Shown here: positions 62,706 to 64,000 of the stretch, piece after piece
Numbering within the stretch: position 1 is the stretch's first letter
Layout of the letters: each line of letters begins with the position of its first letter
NCBI GenBank assembly: GCA_036172245.1
Contig: JAYWIR010000070.1
Location: 310,001 to 374,000 of the forward strand
DNA from: Raillietiella orientalis
Taxonomy: Eukaryota
Reading direction: 5' to 3'
Length of the DNA stretch: 64,000 nt
Position numbers and translations under genes: made by a program
The notes under the pieces: model-generated
The model's database searches: none
Seen by the model: only the letters and a program-made list of their open reading frames with translations
What the model was told of the DNA's origin: nothing

Positions 62706-62970
62706 GTTTTCCCTAAAGCCTACGAGCTCATCAGCGGCGCTCACTTCAAGGGAAACTTTCTGGGCATAGTCAAGCGAGTTAACAAAGGGGACGAGGAACT
62801 AGCGGAGCTTCTCACAGACTGCTGGACGAGCGACTTCCGCTTGATCCCTCTGCAAATACCGACCACGGTGTTTCATTTGTACGCTGAGGAAGAGTGGCAA
62901 CGGCAAGATCACGAGTCCTTCTGGACGAGGGAAGGCGTTTCGATCCCAGCAATCCTGCTGACTGACACAG
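62706..62970 (+). CDS. M28 peptidase-fold protein, coding exon 5
   Basis: Acceptor tttccttctAG, donor CAG|GTACGC (phase 1). It encodes VFPKAYELISGAHFKGNFLGIVKR...RQDHESFWTREGVSIPAILLTDT, matching the M28 (S)DH.SF...G.PA motif. Confidence 0.9.
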
Positions 62971-63020
62971 GTACGCTGGGGTTCGCGGTAGACCTCCCCT
63001 CCCCTGCAAAAGGCAACCAG

Positions 63021-63152
63021 GCATGTACCGGAGGCAGGTGCTGTGCAAAGAAAGCATATGCAACGCCGCAGAAATCATAAACAAAAGGATGCTGATGATG
63101 GTGAGGAGTACCGTGGACTCCCTGTTCTGCGTCCTTCAGAAATCGCAATGCA
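63021..63152 (+). CDS. M28 peptidase-fold protein, coding exon 6
   Basis: Follows a 50-nt intron with a phase-1 acceptor aaccAG. It encodes GMYRRQVLCKESICNAAEIINKRMLMMVRSTVDSLFCVLQKSQC, the region of the C-terminal 'YH...D' loop and final helix. Donor CA|GTAAGA. Confidence 0.75.
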
Positions 63153-63208
63153 GTAAGACCAAAAACCCCTTTCCTCTCTGCTTCTCCCTACTTCCACTCT
63201 GCTTACAG

Positions 63209-63291
63209 CTGTCGACCATGGGTCTTCATCTTCCCAGAAGTTCTCCCTAGCACTCTTGTGTGCATGCCTGATCACCATCTTTTCGAGGTGA
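63209..63291 (+). CDS. M28 peptidase-fold protein, last coding exon (GPI-signal-like tail)
   Basis: Follows a 56-nt intron with a strong pyrimidine tract ending cttacAG; the phase-1 join gives TVDHGSSSSQKFSLALLCACLITIFSR-stop (TGA 63289-63291). The summed CDS is 1131 nt (376 aa plus stop). Confidence 0.7.
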
Positions 63292-64000
63292 GAAGACGCA
63301 CTGCTCTCAGGAACCTGTGGCAGTGCCCCGTTGTCGGAGTTTCCCATCGCTAAGAAACAGAACAGTCCCATACCCTTGAAATGCCGAAAAAGAGCGTGCG
63401 GATACATCCTGAATCCCAAAGAGCCAATGAATGATAATTTTCAATGTCATCCTCTGGGAACTCCTCCATCTCTTTTCCGAGGTTTGCAGGGAGAAGGAAA
63501 ATGAGCGAGGGAAGATGTCTTCCCGGAGCGGCCATCTCTGAAAATAGATGGTAGCCAAGCGCTGAGAGGCGGCACCCAGCCACCGGGACGTAGTCCTTCC
63601 TGCCTTCCGGCATTCCGTCGTCGTCGGGAGGCAGGATGCTCAGTTCGGGAGAATAGGTGGGTCTCGGCAACTGCGCGCAGAACTAGTTCTCCCGGAGCCG
63701 CCTTCGGTGCAGATGTTGGTAACAGCAGCATCCAAACAAGCACTCCATTGAGATCATGAAAGTTCGATGCAGAGGAGGGTTCAACGCTATCAAATCTTCA
63801 GGCATGGTTCGGTCGATCCGAGGTTCACTGAGATGCGACGCATCCACTTTGGGAAAGGTACCACCCTTCCACGAACGGATCTCTTCAGGAAAACTGGAGC
63901 GTCTTCTGTGATGCATGTGAACGCGGAAAACTTCTCTTGAATTCCCTCTGGGAAGAAATTTTTCATCTTATGGTGTGAGCTGCCTGCTTTGATTTTCGCG

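Noticed and set aside
1..64000. CRISPR arrays, operons, tRNA/rRNA genes, intact transposons or retroelements
   Set aside because: No repeat-spacer arrays, cloverleaf or rRNA signatures, or RT/integrase/transposase motifs were seen; the gene structure is eukaryotic. Decayed elements could be missed by eye.

Overview
Eukaryotic (most likely arthropod) genomic DNA, GC-rich and largely non-coding, with spliceosomal GT-AG introns. Nearly all ORFs in the six-frame track are spurious. Two divergent genes can be supported. (1) On the minus strand is the first coding exon (13292-12993) of a POU class IV transcription factor (acj6/POU4/Brn3). It is recognised from CFHGRYSPGYR..MRRCM and a phase-0 donor at the conserved POU4 intron position. 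Its remaining exons, including the POU domain, were not found and probably lie left of the window. The frame has no ATG upstream of the conserved motif but has a GTG in a strong Kozak context (CCACC-GTG-G), which suggests non-AUG initiation of an N-terminally extended POU4. (2) On the plus strand is a complete 7-exon gene (51753-63291, 376 aa as modelled) for an M28 peptidase-fold protein with a signal peptide and a GPI-signal-like tail. It has lost the catalytic Glu-Glu pair and the C-terminal zinc-binding His, so it is a probable cell-surface pseudopeptidase. Four of its introns are only 45-65 nt. About 38 kb between the genes has no recognisable gene but carries GC/CpG islands with TAAT/GATA/Sox motif clusters, perfect hairpins, microsatellites and purine tracts. 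No tRNA, rRNA, CRISPR array or intact transposon was recognised. Protein comparisons are from memory, not from a database search.
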